DNA of 64,000 nucleotides. It comes from Desulfobaccales bacterium. GTDB taxonomy: Bacteria > Desulfobacterota > Desulfobaccia > Desulfobaccales > 0-14-0-80-60-11. The stretch lies in assembly GCA_052326585.1 (NCBI GenBank), contig JBKQLU010000005.1:471-64470 (forward strand). Reading direction: 5' to 3'. Of the stretch, positions 18,742 through 27,356 are shown one piece after another. Position numbers and translations under genes: made by a program. Numbering within the stretch: position 1 is the stretch's first letter; every line of letters begins with the position of its first letter. Below the pieces are notes generated by a model. That model saw nothing but the letters and a program-made list of their open reading frames with translations, searched no databases and was not told the origin of the DNA.

Positions 18742-21267
18742 ATGGCTAACGCCCTGGTCATTTTAGTCTATCTGGCGGCTGCATCGATCCAACTCATCGC
18801 GGCGTATTCCGCCCTGAGGCTCATCCGGGTCACCGGCAGAAGCCCGGCCTGGCTCTTGATCTCCGCGGCCTTCTGCCTCATGGCGATGCGCCGCCTCATC
18901 CTGCTCGGTTACCACCTGACCGGCTTCCAGCCCATCCCCTTTTCCCTCTGGCAGGACGGCCTGACCCTGGCGATTTCGGCGGCGCTGCTGGCCGGTATCC
19001 TCAGCATCTCTCCCCTGGTGTTGGTCATCAAGCGCGCCGCGGCCCTGGAGTTCTCCAAAAAAGAGTTGGAGGCGGAAAGGCAGCGGCTCTATGGCGTGTT
19101 AGACGGGTTGCCGGCCATGGTGCACGTGGCGGGGCCCGATTTTTTCCTTCGTTTCGGCAACCGCTTCTTCCGCGAGAACTATGGGGACTGGGAAGGGAAA
19201 CGCTGTTTTGAGCTGTTGGCGGGGAGGACGGAGCCTTGCGCCGCCTGCCCGGCCCTCAAGGTCTTCGCCACCCAGGCTGTCGCGGAAGTGGAATGGACCG
19301 ACGCGCCGCACCAGCGAACCTACCAGATGTACTATTATCCCTTGAGGGACCCGGACGGCACTCCCCTGGCCCTCACCCTGGGCATCGACATCAGCGGACG
19401 CAAGCTGGCCGAGGGGAACCTGAAGGAGCAGGAGCGGGAATACCGTCGGCTGGTGCGCGCCATCCCGGCGGTGGTCTTTAAGGGTTATGAGGATTGGTCC
19501 ATCGACTTCTTCGATAACGAGATTGAAACACTTACCGGATATAAGAAGGAGGACTTCGCCTCCCGCCGCCTGAAATGGTCCGATCTCGTCCTGGAGGAGG
19601 ATCGGGGCGGCGAATACAAACAGGCATTTATCAATGCCTTGAAGGAAGACGGCCGATTTATCCGGGAATACCGCATCCGCACCAAGGATGGCCGCATCCT
19701 GTGGATCGAGGGCCGGGGCCAGATAGTCTTTCGGCCGGACGGCCAGATCGACCATGTCACCGGGGTGTTATACGACGTCAGCGAGCGCCGGGCCAACCGG
19801 GAGGCCTTGCTCCAAAGTGAGTCCCGGCTGGCCAAGGCGCAGCAGCTCGCTGAACTGGGGCACTGGGAATTGAACCTCCGGTCCGGCGAGATGATCTGGT
19901 CCCCTGAATTATACCGCATCTGCGGGGTGGATCAGGGGAGCTTCGTTCCATCGCTGGCAGCGAGTTTGAGTTTGGTGCACCCGGAGGATAAGGCGCGGGT
20001 GAGAGATAGCTTGAAGCGGGCCCTGGCTGGAGAAGGGCCGTTTTCTCAAATTGGCCGCCTGGTGCGGCCGGACGGGGCCATCCGGTATTTTCATACCCAG
20101 GCGGAAGCCGTCCGGGACGAACATGGGAAACTGTGGCGCATGGTGGGGACGGTCCAGGATATCACCGAACGCCGGATTGCCGTAATGCGGCTCACGGAAA
20201 GCGAAGCGCGCTTCCGGGCCGTCTTCGAGCGGGCCCCCCTGGGCATCGGCCTGTTTGACCTGCAAGGGCGCTTCCTGAGCGCCAATAAGGTCTTTCAGGA
20301 GATGCTGGGATACGCTGAGGATGAATTGAGGGGCAAGCCCATTGCGGAAATTTCCCATGCCGATGATCGGCAGAGGACCATGGAAGTTTTCCAGGAAATG
20401 GCCTCCGGGCGGCAGGAGGGCTACCAGATGGAAAAGCGCTACCGCCGGAAAACCGGCCAATATTTATGGGCCCGGGTGACCGCTTCCCTGGTGCATGACT
20501 CCGAGGGACAACCCTTATATGCGGTGGGGATGGTGGAGGACATCACCCAGAGAAGACAGGCGGAGACGCGGCTGCAAGAGTCGCAGGAGACATTGCGCCA
20601 CCTGGCCTCTCAGTTGATGTCGGCGCAGGAGGACGAACGCAAGCGGATCTCCGGGGAATTGCACGATGAACTGGGGCAGGCCTTGCTGGTCTTGAAACTC
20701 CAGACCAGGGAGATCGAGAAGGGGTTGGCGCCGGAGGAGCAGCGGCTCCGGGAAGAATGCCAGGGGATGCTGGCCAATCTGGACCAGGTGGTGGACAAGG
20801 TCCGGCGTCTCTCCCATGACCTGAGCCCCATGATCCTGGAGGATCTGGGCCTGTCCGCGGCCTTGAAGCATATGCTTCGAGAATTCAGCAAACATAATCA
20901 CCTGGAGTGCGAATTCCAGGAAATCGACATTGATGAGCTGTTTCCCCAGGAGGCGCAAGTCGCCATCTACCGCATCTTTCAGGAATGCCTGACCAATATC
21001 GGCAAGCATTCCCAGGCCACCAGGCTGGAGGTGGCCATCGCCAAGGGGCCGGACCGGGTCTCCTTCCTCATCCGGGACAACGGCAAGGGGTACCGGGTAG
21101 AGGCGCGACGCCGGGGCCAGGGTCTGGGACTGGTGGCCATGGAGGAACGGGCCCGGATGGTGGGTGGGGACCTGTCCGTACAAAGCCGGGAGGGCCAGGG
21201 CGCCAGTATTTCCTTCGAGATTCCTTATGCTTCCCAGAAGCGTCAGAGATCATTGCAGAAGCAGTAG
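18742..21267 (+). CDS. membrane-anchored multi-PAS sensor histidine kinase (HisKA_3/NarL-type)
   Basis: 841 aa with N-terminal TM helices and a Cys-bearing PAS-like module ('CFELLAGRTEPCAACP'). Repeated PAS/PAC modules ('DITERR', 'DITQRRQAE'), H-box 'ELHDELGQAL', and ATPase 'DNGKG...GQGLGLVAMEERA'. Confidence 0.9.
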   Translation: MANALVILVYLAAASIQLIAAYSALRLIRVTGRSPAWLLISAAFCLMAMRRLILLGYHLTGFQPIPFSLWQDGLTLAISAALLAGILSISPLVLVIKRAAALEFSKKELEAERQRLYGVLDGLPAMVHVAGPDFFLRFGNRFFRENYGDWEGKRCFELLAGRTEPCAACPALKVFATQAVAEVEWTDAPHQRTYQMYYYPLRDPDGTPLALTLGIDISGRKLAEGNLKEQEREYRRLVRAIPAVVFKGYEDWSIDFFDNEIETLTGYKKEDFASRRLKWSDLVLEEDRGGEYKQAFINALKEDGRFIREYRIRTKDGRILWIEGRGQIVFRPDGQIDHVTGVLYDVSERRANREALLQSESRLAKAQQLAELGHWELNLRSGEMIWSPELYRICGVDQGSFVPSLAASLSLVHPEDKARVRDSLKRALAGEGPFSQIGRLVRPDGAIRYFHTQAEAVRDEHGKLWRMVGTVQDITERRIAVMRLTESEARFRAVFERAPLGIGLFDLQGRFLSANKVFQEMLGYAEDELRGKPIAEISHADDRQRTMEVFQEMASGRQEGYQMEKRYRRKTGQYLWARVTASLVHDSEGQPLYAVGMVEDITQRRQAETRLQESQETLRHLASQLMSAQEDERKRISGELHDELGQALLVLKLQTREIEKGLAPEEQRLREECQGMLANLDQVVDKVRRLSHDLSPMILEDLGLSAALKHMLREFSKHNHLECEFQEIDIDELFPQEAQVAIYRIFQECLTNIGKHSQATRLEVAIAKGPDRVSFLIRDNGKGYRVEARRRGQGLGLVAMEERARMVGGDLSVQSREGQGASISFEIPYASQKRQRSLQKQ

Positions 21268-21326
21268 AAGTTATTTCCACACCTCGCTCTATCCCCTAAA
21301 TAGCCAGCTTAAGTCCACCAAAATGC

Positions 21327-21504
21327 GAGATTCTGCGGGGCGCGCCGTATGACTTTCTTCCCTCTCGTTCCCAAGCTCCAGCTTGGGAACGCCCCCATGG
21401 CGCCAAGCTCCGCTTGGCGAGGGCCTGCTTGCCTCAGGGCGGGCCTGTATGAGCAAAACAAGAGCTTTGCGTTAAAATGGGTTCCCAAGCCGGAGCTTGG
21501 GAAC
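21327..21504. repeat. cluster of intergenic palindromic repeats
   Basis: 'gagattctgcggggcgcgccgtatgac' (21327-53) recurs at 23493-23519. Three hairpins share a CCAAGC-loop-GCTTGG core at 21367-90, 21401-19 and 21481-504. Confidence 0.8.
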
Positions 21505-21568
21505 CAGAATCCCCCCGGCGGGCCGGCTAAAGCCTGCGGCTACCGGAATATCTAAATGAAAGATGAAA

Positions 21569-21934
21569 CTAAAAGGGCAGGGCGCTTCCCAGGAAGGCGT
21601 GCAGGTTCCGGAGCAGGAGGGCGGCGTTGGGGGCCGGCAGGTCCCAGAGGACCAGGAGCATGGCCCCCATGACCCCCTGGCCCCAGGAGCAGCTGCACTT
21701 GACGGTGGCCGGCAGCTTTGGGGCGCCCAGGATGGCGGTGAGGTCGGCGACCATTTCCCGGCCCAGGGTGGAGGCGGCGACGTTCAGGGAGATCTGGTCG
21801 GAATAGAGGGTCAGGGAGAACTCCACTTCCTCGGGGGCGCCGGCGGCCCCGGCGCCCCGGGCCCGCCCTTCCAGGAAGGCCACCTTGCGGCGCCGTTCCT
21901 GACGGTCAAGGATTATCTGCCATTTGGGGGACAT
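21569..21934 (-). CDS. hypothetical protein (paralog of 23575..23952)
   Basis: 121 aa. By eye it aligns over its full length with the second ORF ('WQIILDRQERRRKVAFLEG' versus 'WQFTILRQEARSRRLILEG'; both end '..LG.ALP.'). Confidence 0.6.
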   Translation of the reverse strand: MSPKWQIILDRQERRRKVAFLEGRARGAGAAGAPEEVEFSLTLYSDQISLNVAASTLGREMVADLTAILGAPKLPATVKCSCSWGQGVMGAMLLVLWDLPAPNAALLLRNLHAFLGSALPF

Positions 21935-22136
21935 GGGATAAAGTCTGCTTTCAGCTTTCAGCTATCAGCCAGTGTTAAGGCCCGGTTGCCAATGAAAGCC
22001 GCGCCTTATGAATCACGAAGCAAATTATAACGCCTTTAACCCAATGGTGTCCGGCAGAAGATTTTCCATAAGGGCTGGCGAATGAAAATCGAAAAATGTA
22101 GCCCCAAACCCTTAGACAAACCCGCAAACGCCAAAA

Positions 22137-22166
22137 CCCCCTCTCCCCCGTTGGGGGAGAGGGGGG
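22137..22166. repeat. GC-rich hairpin repeat (CCCTCTCCCC / GGGGAGAGGG family)
   Basis: ccccctctccccc-gtt-gggggagagggggg. Same arm sequence at 29932-29958, with a related variant (CCCTCCCCC) at 49644-49666. Confidence 0.8.
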
Positions 22167-22351
22167 AAAAGCAAGATAGATCCAATAATTAATAAATGGG
22201 GATTTGGCAGCCCATATTACATGGCAGGTCAGCAATTACCTTGTCGGACGGTAATGCCCCAAACCAGGTAAGCCTTTTGCCGCAAAAAAAAAAGCGAAGT
22301 TTGGCTTTTTTGCCTTAGGTGACAACTGATAGCTGCTATCTGACGGTTTTT

Positions 22352-23344
22352 TTACATCAACTTTTTCAGGCGGGCGGCAAAGCCTGGAAGCTTAAGGGCC
22401 TCCGCCGTCCTGCCCAGGCCCAGGAGGGCGAAGCCTTTGCCGGTCAGGGCCTCGTCCAGGTCGGGGGCGTGTTTGAGAATCTTGTCGAAGCAGGCCAGGG
22501 CCTCGTCGTAGTGCTGCAATTCGGTGAGGGTGGTGCCTTTATAGACCAGGGCTTCAACATTGCCCGGGTCCAGCAGCAGGGCGACATTGTAACATTCCAG
22601 GGCCCTTTCCGGGCGGCCGGCATCGGCCAGCATCCGGGCCGCGTCCAGATAGGGGCGGCGCTGGTCTTCCTCTATCGACTTGCGGGTTTCCAGATAGGCG
22701 TTGAGCACGTGGGCCTCGCCGTCGGAGAAGGCGGGCTGGCCGTGGCCCGGCAGCAGGAAGTCGATCTGGTAAGGCACCAGGCGGCCCAGGGAGGCGATGA
22801 GTTGGTCCATGCTGCCCAGACTCTTATCGGCGTCAGACAAGACATTTTCCATGGGAGAGCTGGGAAAGACCGTATCCCCGGAGAAGAGAAGGCGCCGTTC
22901 TCGTTCGTAGATGCAGATGTCGCCCCGGGTGTGTCCCGGGGTGTGGATCACCTCGAGGAGATGGCTTCCCGCCTGGAGGCGCTCGCCGCCCCGGAGAATC
23001 ACCACCTGGTCGGCCCGGCCGGCCTTCTCCATGATCTGCATGAAGGGCACGTTGCGAAAATTGATGTGGGGCAGGGTGTCCATGTGCCCATAGACCTTGG
23101 GGTTGCACCAGTCGAAGAGCTCGCCCATGCCGCCGACGTGGTCGAAGTGGCAGTGGGTGATGAAGATCTGTTCCAGGAGGGAGAGATCGAAGACGTCGCT
23201 AAGTTCATGGAGGATACCGTAGAAGTTGCCGGCGTCTATAAGGGTGCGGCCTTCATTGAGGACGTAAACATTGCTGCTCATGCCCGCTTCTTCAACCCAC
23301 CAGATGCCCGCAAGCAAGGGGTCATATTCGCCCAGATGGATCAT
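22352..23344 (-). CDS. MBL-fold metallo-hydrolase with C-terminal TPR repeats
   Basis: 'THCHFDHVGG' HxHxDH motif and 'HTPGHTRGD'. The C-terminal ~90 aa is TPR-like. GGAGGAG RBS. Confidence 0.85.
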   Translation of the reverse strand: MIHLGEYDPLLAGIWWVEEAGMSSNVYVLNEGRTLIDAGNFYGILHELSDVFDLSLLEQIFITHCHFDHVGGMGELFDWCNPKVYGHMDTLPHINFRNVPFMQIMEKAGRADQVVILRGGERLQAGSHLLEVIHTPGHTRGDICIYERERRLLFSGDTVFPSSPMENVLSDADKSLGSMDQLIASLGRLVPYQIDFLLPGHGQPAFSDGEAHVLNAYLETRKSIEEDQRRPYLDAARMLADAGRPERALECYNVALLLDPGNVEALVYKGTTLTELQHYDEALACFDKILKHAPDLDEALTGKGFALLGLGRTAEALKLPGFAARLKKLM

Positions 23345-23492
23345 GGCTCCTCCTGAAAGGCCGGTAAAATCTCTGCTTCTATTTTACCTGGACGCCGGCG
23401 ATAAGCAATCTCCGCACCGCGCTGGTCCGGGGTGACATTAGGGCTTGACGGAGCTGGAAGCCCTGGCAAAACTCGTTTTCACTGCCAGATAT

Positions 23493-23556
23493 GAGATTCT
23501 GCGCGGCGCGCCGAATGACAATTTTGGGCAGAGCGAGGGTTGGCAATAGCTTCCAG
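23493..23556. repeat. partial copy of the ~170-nt repeat family
   Basis: 'gagattctgcgcggcgcgccgaatgac' plus 'gggttggcaatagcttccag'. The latter matches 'ggggttggcaatagcttctag' in the copy at 59954-60122. Confidence 0.6.
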
Positions 23557-23574
23557 GTAGATAACCATCAACTT

Positions 23575-23952
23575 TTATTCTCTTATGGCGCCTGCAGGCA
23601 AGGCCCGCCCCAGAATCTTCCCCAGCCGCTTGATCATCTCCCCACGCCCGGTTGGGGTAAAATGCCACTCCACCAGAAGCAGGGCGCCTTCCTCGTCGAG
23701 CTGGCTGCCGCCCACCTGTACCCGGGGCGGGGCCGCCGGTGGCCCCAGAAGTCCGGCCAGATATTGCCAAAGCCGCTCGCCATCAAAGTCCCGGCTCACC
23801 TCCAGGGAGAGGTAATCGGGACCGGCCACCGCGAAGAACAAGAGCGGATCGGGATAAGGGCGCGCGTACGGGGGATGAGCCTGGCCTTCCAGGATGAGGC
23901 GCCGGGAGCGGGCCTCCTGGCGCAGGATGGTGAACTGCCAATTTTCCGGCAA
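23575..23952 (-). CDS. hypothetical protein (paralog of 21569..21934)
   Basis: ORF 23575..24102. A TTG at 23952 preceded by AAGGAAG gives 125 aa, colinear with the 121-aa paralog. Start is inferred. Confidence 0.6.
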   Translation of the reverse strand: MPENWQFTILRQEARSRRLILEGQAHPPYARPYPDPLLFFAVAGPDYLSLEVSRDFDGERLWQYLAGLLGPPAAPPRVQVGGSQLDEEGALLLVEWHFTPTGRGEMIKRLGKILGRALPAGAIRE

Positions 23953-24173
23953 CGCGGCTTCCTTTGCGGTACTAGCTTCGATTTTAACCGGTTTCCCGGG
24001 AGGTGTCAAATGGCAGGCCCGGGGGCGGCGGCTGGCCAAGGTCGTCGTGCCTTTTTTCACTAGGGCGGCGGCAGAACCCTTGACAGGGATTGGCAGAGAC
24101 AATAAAATTTAACATTCTGCTTGATCTCCCGAGATTTGCTGAAAAAATCAACGATTAAAATAAGGTGATAGCA

Positions 24174-25313
24174 ATGAAAATGTATCTCATGACTCCGGGC
24201 CCCACCCCGGTGGCCCCGGAAACCCAGTTAGCCATGGCCCAGCCCATCATCCACCATCGGGCCCCACAATTCATGGAGATCCTGGCCCGGGTGCGGGAAG
24301 ATCTGAAATACCTGTTCCAGACGGAACAGGAGGTCCTGATCTTTTGCGCCACCGGTACCGGGGCCATGGAGGGTGCAGTGGCCAATACCCTGAGCGCCGG
24401 GGACACTGCCCTGGTGGTGGACGGCGGCAAGTTCGGGGAACGCTGGACCGAACTGTGCACGGTTTATGGAGTCAAAGTAGAGCGCCTGGCGGTGGAGTGG
24501 GGCCACGCGGTGGACCCGCAGACGGTGGCCCGGATGCTGGACGCCAACTCGGCCATCAAGGCGGTCCTGGTCCAGGCGAACGAGACCTCAACCGCGGTGG
24601 CCCACCCGGTTCAGGAACTGGCGGCAGTAACCAGGACCCGGCCGGGAACCATCCTGGTGGTGGGCGCCATTTCGGCCCTGGGTGGCTATCCCTTGCCCAT
24701 GGACGCCTGGGGCATCGACCTGATGGTGGCAGGCTCGCAAAAGGCCATGATGCTGCCGCCGGGGTTGGCCTTTGCCGCGCTCGGCCCCAAGGCCTGGGAG
24801 TTTACCAAGACCTCTAATCTGCCCAAATACTACTTCGATTTTGCCAAGCACCTCAAATCCCAGGCCAAAAACCAGACCCCCTATACCTCGGCGGTCTCTT
24901 TGATCATGGGTCTTCAGGAAGTCCTCGGCAAGATTCGCGGGCTCGGGCTGGAGCGCATCTACGCGCACAACCTGCGGCTGTCCCTGGCCACCAAGGCGGC
25001 TATGCGGGCCATGGGGCTTAAGCTCTATTCCAAGGATAACCCCTCGGATGTCGTCACCGCGGTGGAGTCTCCGGTGGACGGCCAGAAGGTGGTGGCCGAA
25101 CTGCGGAAAAAGGGAATCTGGATTGCTGGCGGGCAGGCCCAGGCCAAAGGCAAGATCTTCCGCATCGCCCACATGGGCTTCATAGACGCGGTGGACCTGC
25201 TGGGCACCATCGGCGGCCTGGAGGAGGTTCTCAACCAGTTGGGCCACCGGGTGGAGCCGGGCGCCGGGCTCAAGGCGGCCCAGGAGATTTTGAGCAAGGA
25301 GGCAGCGGTATGA
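24174..25313 (+). CDS. class-V (AGXT/SerC-like) pyridoxal-phosphate aminotransferase
   Basis: 'MTPGPTPV...' N-terminus and 'AGSQKAMMLPPGLAF' PLP-lysine block. ATG at 24174 follows AAGGTGA. Stop overlaps the serA start. Confidence 0.85.
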   Translation: MKMYLMTPGPTPVAPETQLAMAQPIIHHRAPQFMEILARVREDLKYLFQTEQEVLIFCATGTGAMEGAVANTLSAGDTALVVDGGKFGERWTELCTVYGVKVERLAVEWGHAVDPQTVARMLDANSAIKAVLVQANETSTAVAHPVQELAAVTRTRPGTILVVGAISALGGYPLPMDAWGIDLMVAGSQKAMMLPPGLAFAALGPKAWEFTKTSNLPKYYFDFAKHLKSQAKNQTPYTSAVSLIMGLQEVLGKIRGLGLERIYAHNLRLSLATKAAMRAMGLKLYSKDNPSDVVTAVESPVDGQKVVAELRKKGIWIAGGQAQAKGKIFRIAHMGFIDAVDLLGTIGGLEEVLNQLGHRVEPGAGLKAAQEILSKEAAV

Positions 25314-26893
25314 AGGTCCTGATCAGCGACAACTTGCATGCCGCCGGCATTGCGGTCCTTACGGCTCAGCCCAGCATCGAGGTGGTGAACCGGCCGGGCC
25401 TGGCGCCCGGGGACCTTAAGGAGGCCATCAAGGACGCCGACGCCCTGGTGATCCGCAGCGGCACCAAGGTGACTGCGGAACTCATGGCCGCCGCCCCCCG
25501 GCTGAAGGTGGTGGGCCGGGCCGGCACCGGCCTGGACAACGTCGATATCCCCGCGGCCAGCAAAAGAGGCGTCGTGGTGATGAACACCCCCGGGGGCAAC
25601 ACCATCACCACCGCGGAGCATGCCCTGTCGCTGATGATGGCCCTGGCCCGCAACATCCCCCAGGCGGCCGAATCGATGCGGGATGGCAAATGGGAGAAGA
25701 AGAAGTTTCAGGGCACCGAGCTCTACAACAAGACCCTGGGGATTATCGGCATGGGACGCATCGGCTCCGTGGTGGCGGAACGCTCCCTGGGGCTGAAGAT
25801 GCGGGTTCTGGCTTATGACCCCTTCATTACCAAGGAGGTGGCCGCCAATATGGGGGTGGAACTGGTGGCCCTGGATGAGCTGATGGCCCGGGCCGACTTC
25901 ATCACCCTGCACACCCCCAAGACCAAGGACACCGCCAAACTTTTGAACCGGCAGGCCTTCAAAAAGATGAAGCCCGGGGTGCGCATCATTAACTGCGCCC
26001 GGGGCGGCCTCATTGACGAAGAGGCCCTGCTCCAGGCCTTGAAGGAAGGCAAGGTGGCCGGGGCCGCATTGGACGTCTTTGAAACGGAACCGCCGCCGGC
26101 GGCCTTTCCGCTGCGGGAGCTGCCCCAGGTCATCTGCACCCCCCACCTGGGGGCCTCCACTGAAGAGGCCCAGGCCAACGTGGCGGTGGCCGTCTGCGAG
26201 CAGATCGTGGAACTGCTCCTCTATGGCACCATCAAGAACGCGGCGAATGCCCCCTCCGTGACCCAGGAGACTATGGCCAAATTGAAACCCTACCTGACTC
26301 TGGCCGAGGCCCTGGGGGCCTTCCAGGCGCAGATCAGCGAGGGGGCCATCTCCGCGGTAACCATCGCCTATGTCGGCGAGGTGGCCAAACTGGACACCAA
26401 GCCCCTGACCCATTCCCTGCTCAAGGGGTTGCTCTCCCCGGCGATGCGTGACGAAGTGAATTACGTCAACGCGCCGGCTATGGCCGAGGCCCGGGGAATT
26501 CGCATCAGCGAGGAGAAGGCGGCCTCCGCCGAAGACTTCTCCACCCTGATCCGGTTGACGGTGGTGGCCAATAACGAAGAGAACACCGTAGCCGGCACTA
26601 TATTCGGAAAATATGAACCCCGCTTGGTCCGGATCAACAGGTTTCGCCTGGAGGCCACCCCCGAGGGCCACATGCTGTTCATTTACAACACCGACCGCCC
26701 GGGGGTCATCGGCGCCATCGGCAGCACCATCGGCAAACACCGGCTCAATATCGCCCGGATGACCGTGGGTCAAGAGCGGGAGCGGGGCCAGAATATCATC
26801 CTGCTCACCACCGATACCCCGGTCACTCCGGAATGTCTTGAAGACTTGCGGGCCCTGGAGCACGTGGCCCAAGCAATCCAGTTGGAGTTGTAG
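25310..26893 (+). CDS. serA: D-3-phosphoglycerate dehydrogenase (long form with ASB/ACT domains)
   Basis: 527 aa with 'GIIGMGRIGSVVA' NAD fold, 'INCARGGLIDEEAL' and 'TPHLGAST', plus a C-terminal regulatory domain. Confidence 0.93.
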   Translation: MKVLISDNLHAAGIAVLTAQPSIEVVNRPGLAPGDLKEAIKDADALVIRSGTKVTAELMAAAPRLKVVGRAGTGLDNVDIPAASKRGVVVMNTPGGNTITTAEHALSLMMALARNIPQAAESMRDGKWEKKKFQGTELYNKTLGIIGMGRIGSVVAERSLGLKMRVLAYDPFITKEVAANMGVELVALDELMARADFITLHTPKTKDTAKLLNRQAFKKMKPGVRIINCARGGLIDEEALLQALKEGKVAGAALDVFETEPPPAAFPLRELPQVICTPHLGASTEEAQANVAVAVCEQIVELLLYGTIKNAANAPSVTQETMAKLKPYLTLAEALGAFQAQISEGAISAVTIAYVGEVAKLDTKPLTHSLLKGLLSPAMRDEVNYVNAPAMAEARGIRISEEKAASAEDFSTLIRLTVVANNEENTVAGTIFGKYEPRLVRINRFRLEATPEGHMLFIYNTDRPGVIGAIGSTIGKHRLNIARMTVGQERERGQNIILLTTDTPVTPECLEDLRALEHVAQAIQLEL

Positions 26894-26928
26894 CCGATCT
26901 GGGACAGGACCTCAGGGTGGAGGTAGGC

Positions 26929-27336
26929 ATGCCGGATTCCGAAGATAAGTCCGAAGATAAGGGTTATACCGTCAAGGATCGGCGTTTTCACCAGATGAGC
27001 GAGGAAGAGAAGGCCGGTGAACAGGAGGCCAGGAGCTCCCAGACGCGGGCCTTTCAAGAGGCGGCCCAAAAGGCCGCCGGCGGGGCCGCCGGCCCGGATA
27101 TTACCTTTTCTTCCCTGATCTTCTCCCTCAGTTCCACGGCTTTCATGCATCTGGGAGCCATCCCCGACCCCAATACCGGGAAGCAGGAAAAGAACCTGCC
27201 CCTGGCCAAACAGGCCATCGACCTCCTGGGAGTGCTCCGGGAAAAGACCCGGAACAATTTGGACCAGGAGGAGGAGAGCCTGTTTGAACATCTTCTCTAT
27301 GACTTGCGCCTGGCATATATCAAGGAGGTGGGCTGA
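26929..27336 (+). CDS. DUF1844 domain-containing protein
   Basis: 'FSSLIFSLSSTAFMHLG..PDPNTGK...LPLAKQAIDLLGVLREKTRNNL...LLYDLRLAY'. ATG after GGAGGT. Confidence 0.75.
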   Translation: MPDSEDKSEDKGYTVKDRRFHQMSEEEKAGEQEARSSQTRAFQEAAQKAAGGAAGPDITFSSLIFSLSSTAFMHLGAIPDPNTGKQEKNLPLAKQAIDLLGVLREKTRNNLDQEEESLFEHLLYDLRLAYIKEVG

Positions 27337-27356
27337 TTAGGGAACCGGGGCGAGAA

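Noticed and set aside
18341-18742. 133-aa + strand ORF spanning the gap before the kinase gene
   Set aside because: It overlaps the 3' part of the 119-aa ORF in another frame. It is Arg/Pro/Gly-rich (GC-frame artefact) and has no RBS.
21569-23952. PilZ (c-di-GMP-binding) domain assignment for the two ~120-aa paralogs, based on an RxxxR-like 'RQERR'/'RQEAR' stretch
   Set aside because: The second PilZ motif (D/N-x-S-x-x-G) is not present at the expected distance. The resemblance is too weak to claim.
25025-26872. 615-aa minus-strand ORF antisense to serA
   Set aside because: Typical long shadow ORF of high-GC DNA (Gly/His/Pro/Asp-rich, no recognisable domains). The + strand encodes an unmistakable SerA. 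The same reasoning applies to 22319..23356(+), 33365..35194(+), 35329..36147(+), 36815..38416(+), 47345..48304(+), 49925..50965(+), 54235..55428(+) and 58727..59356(+).
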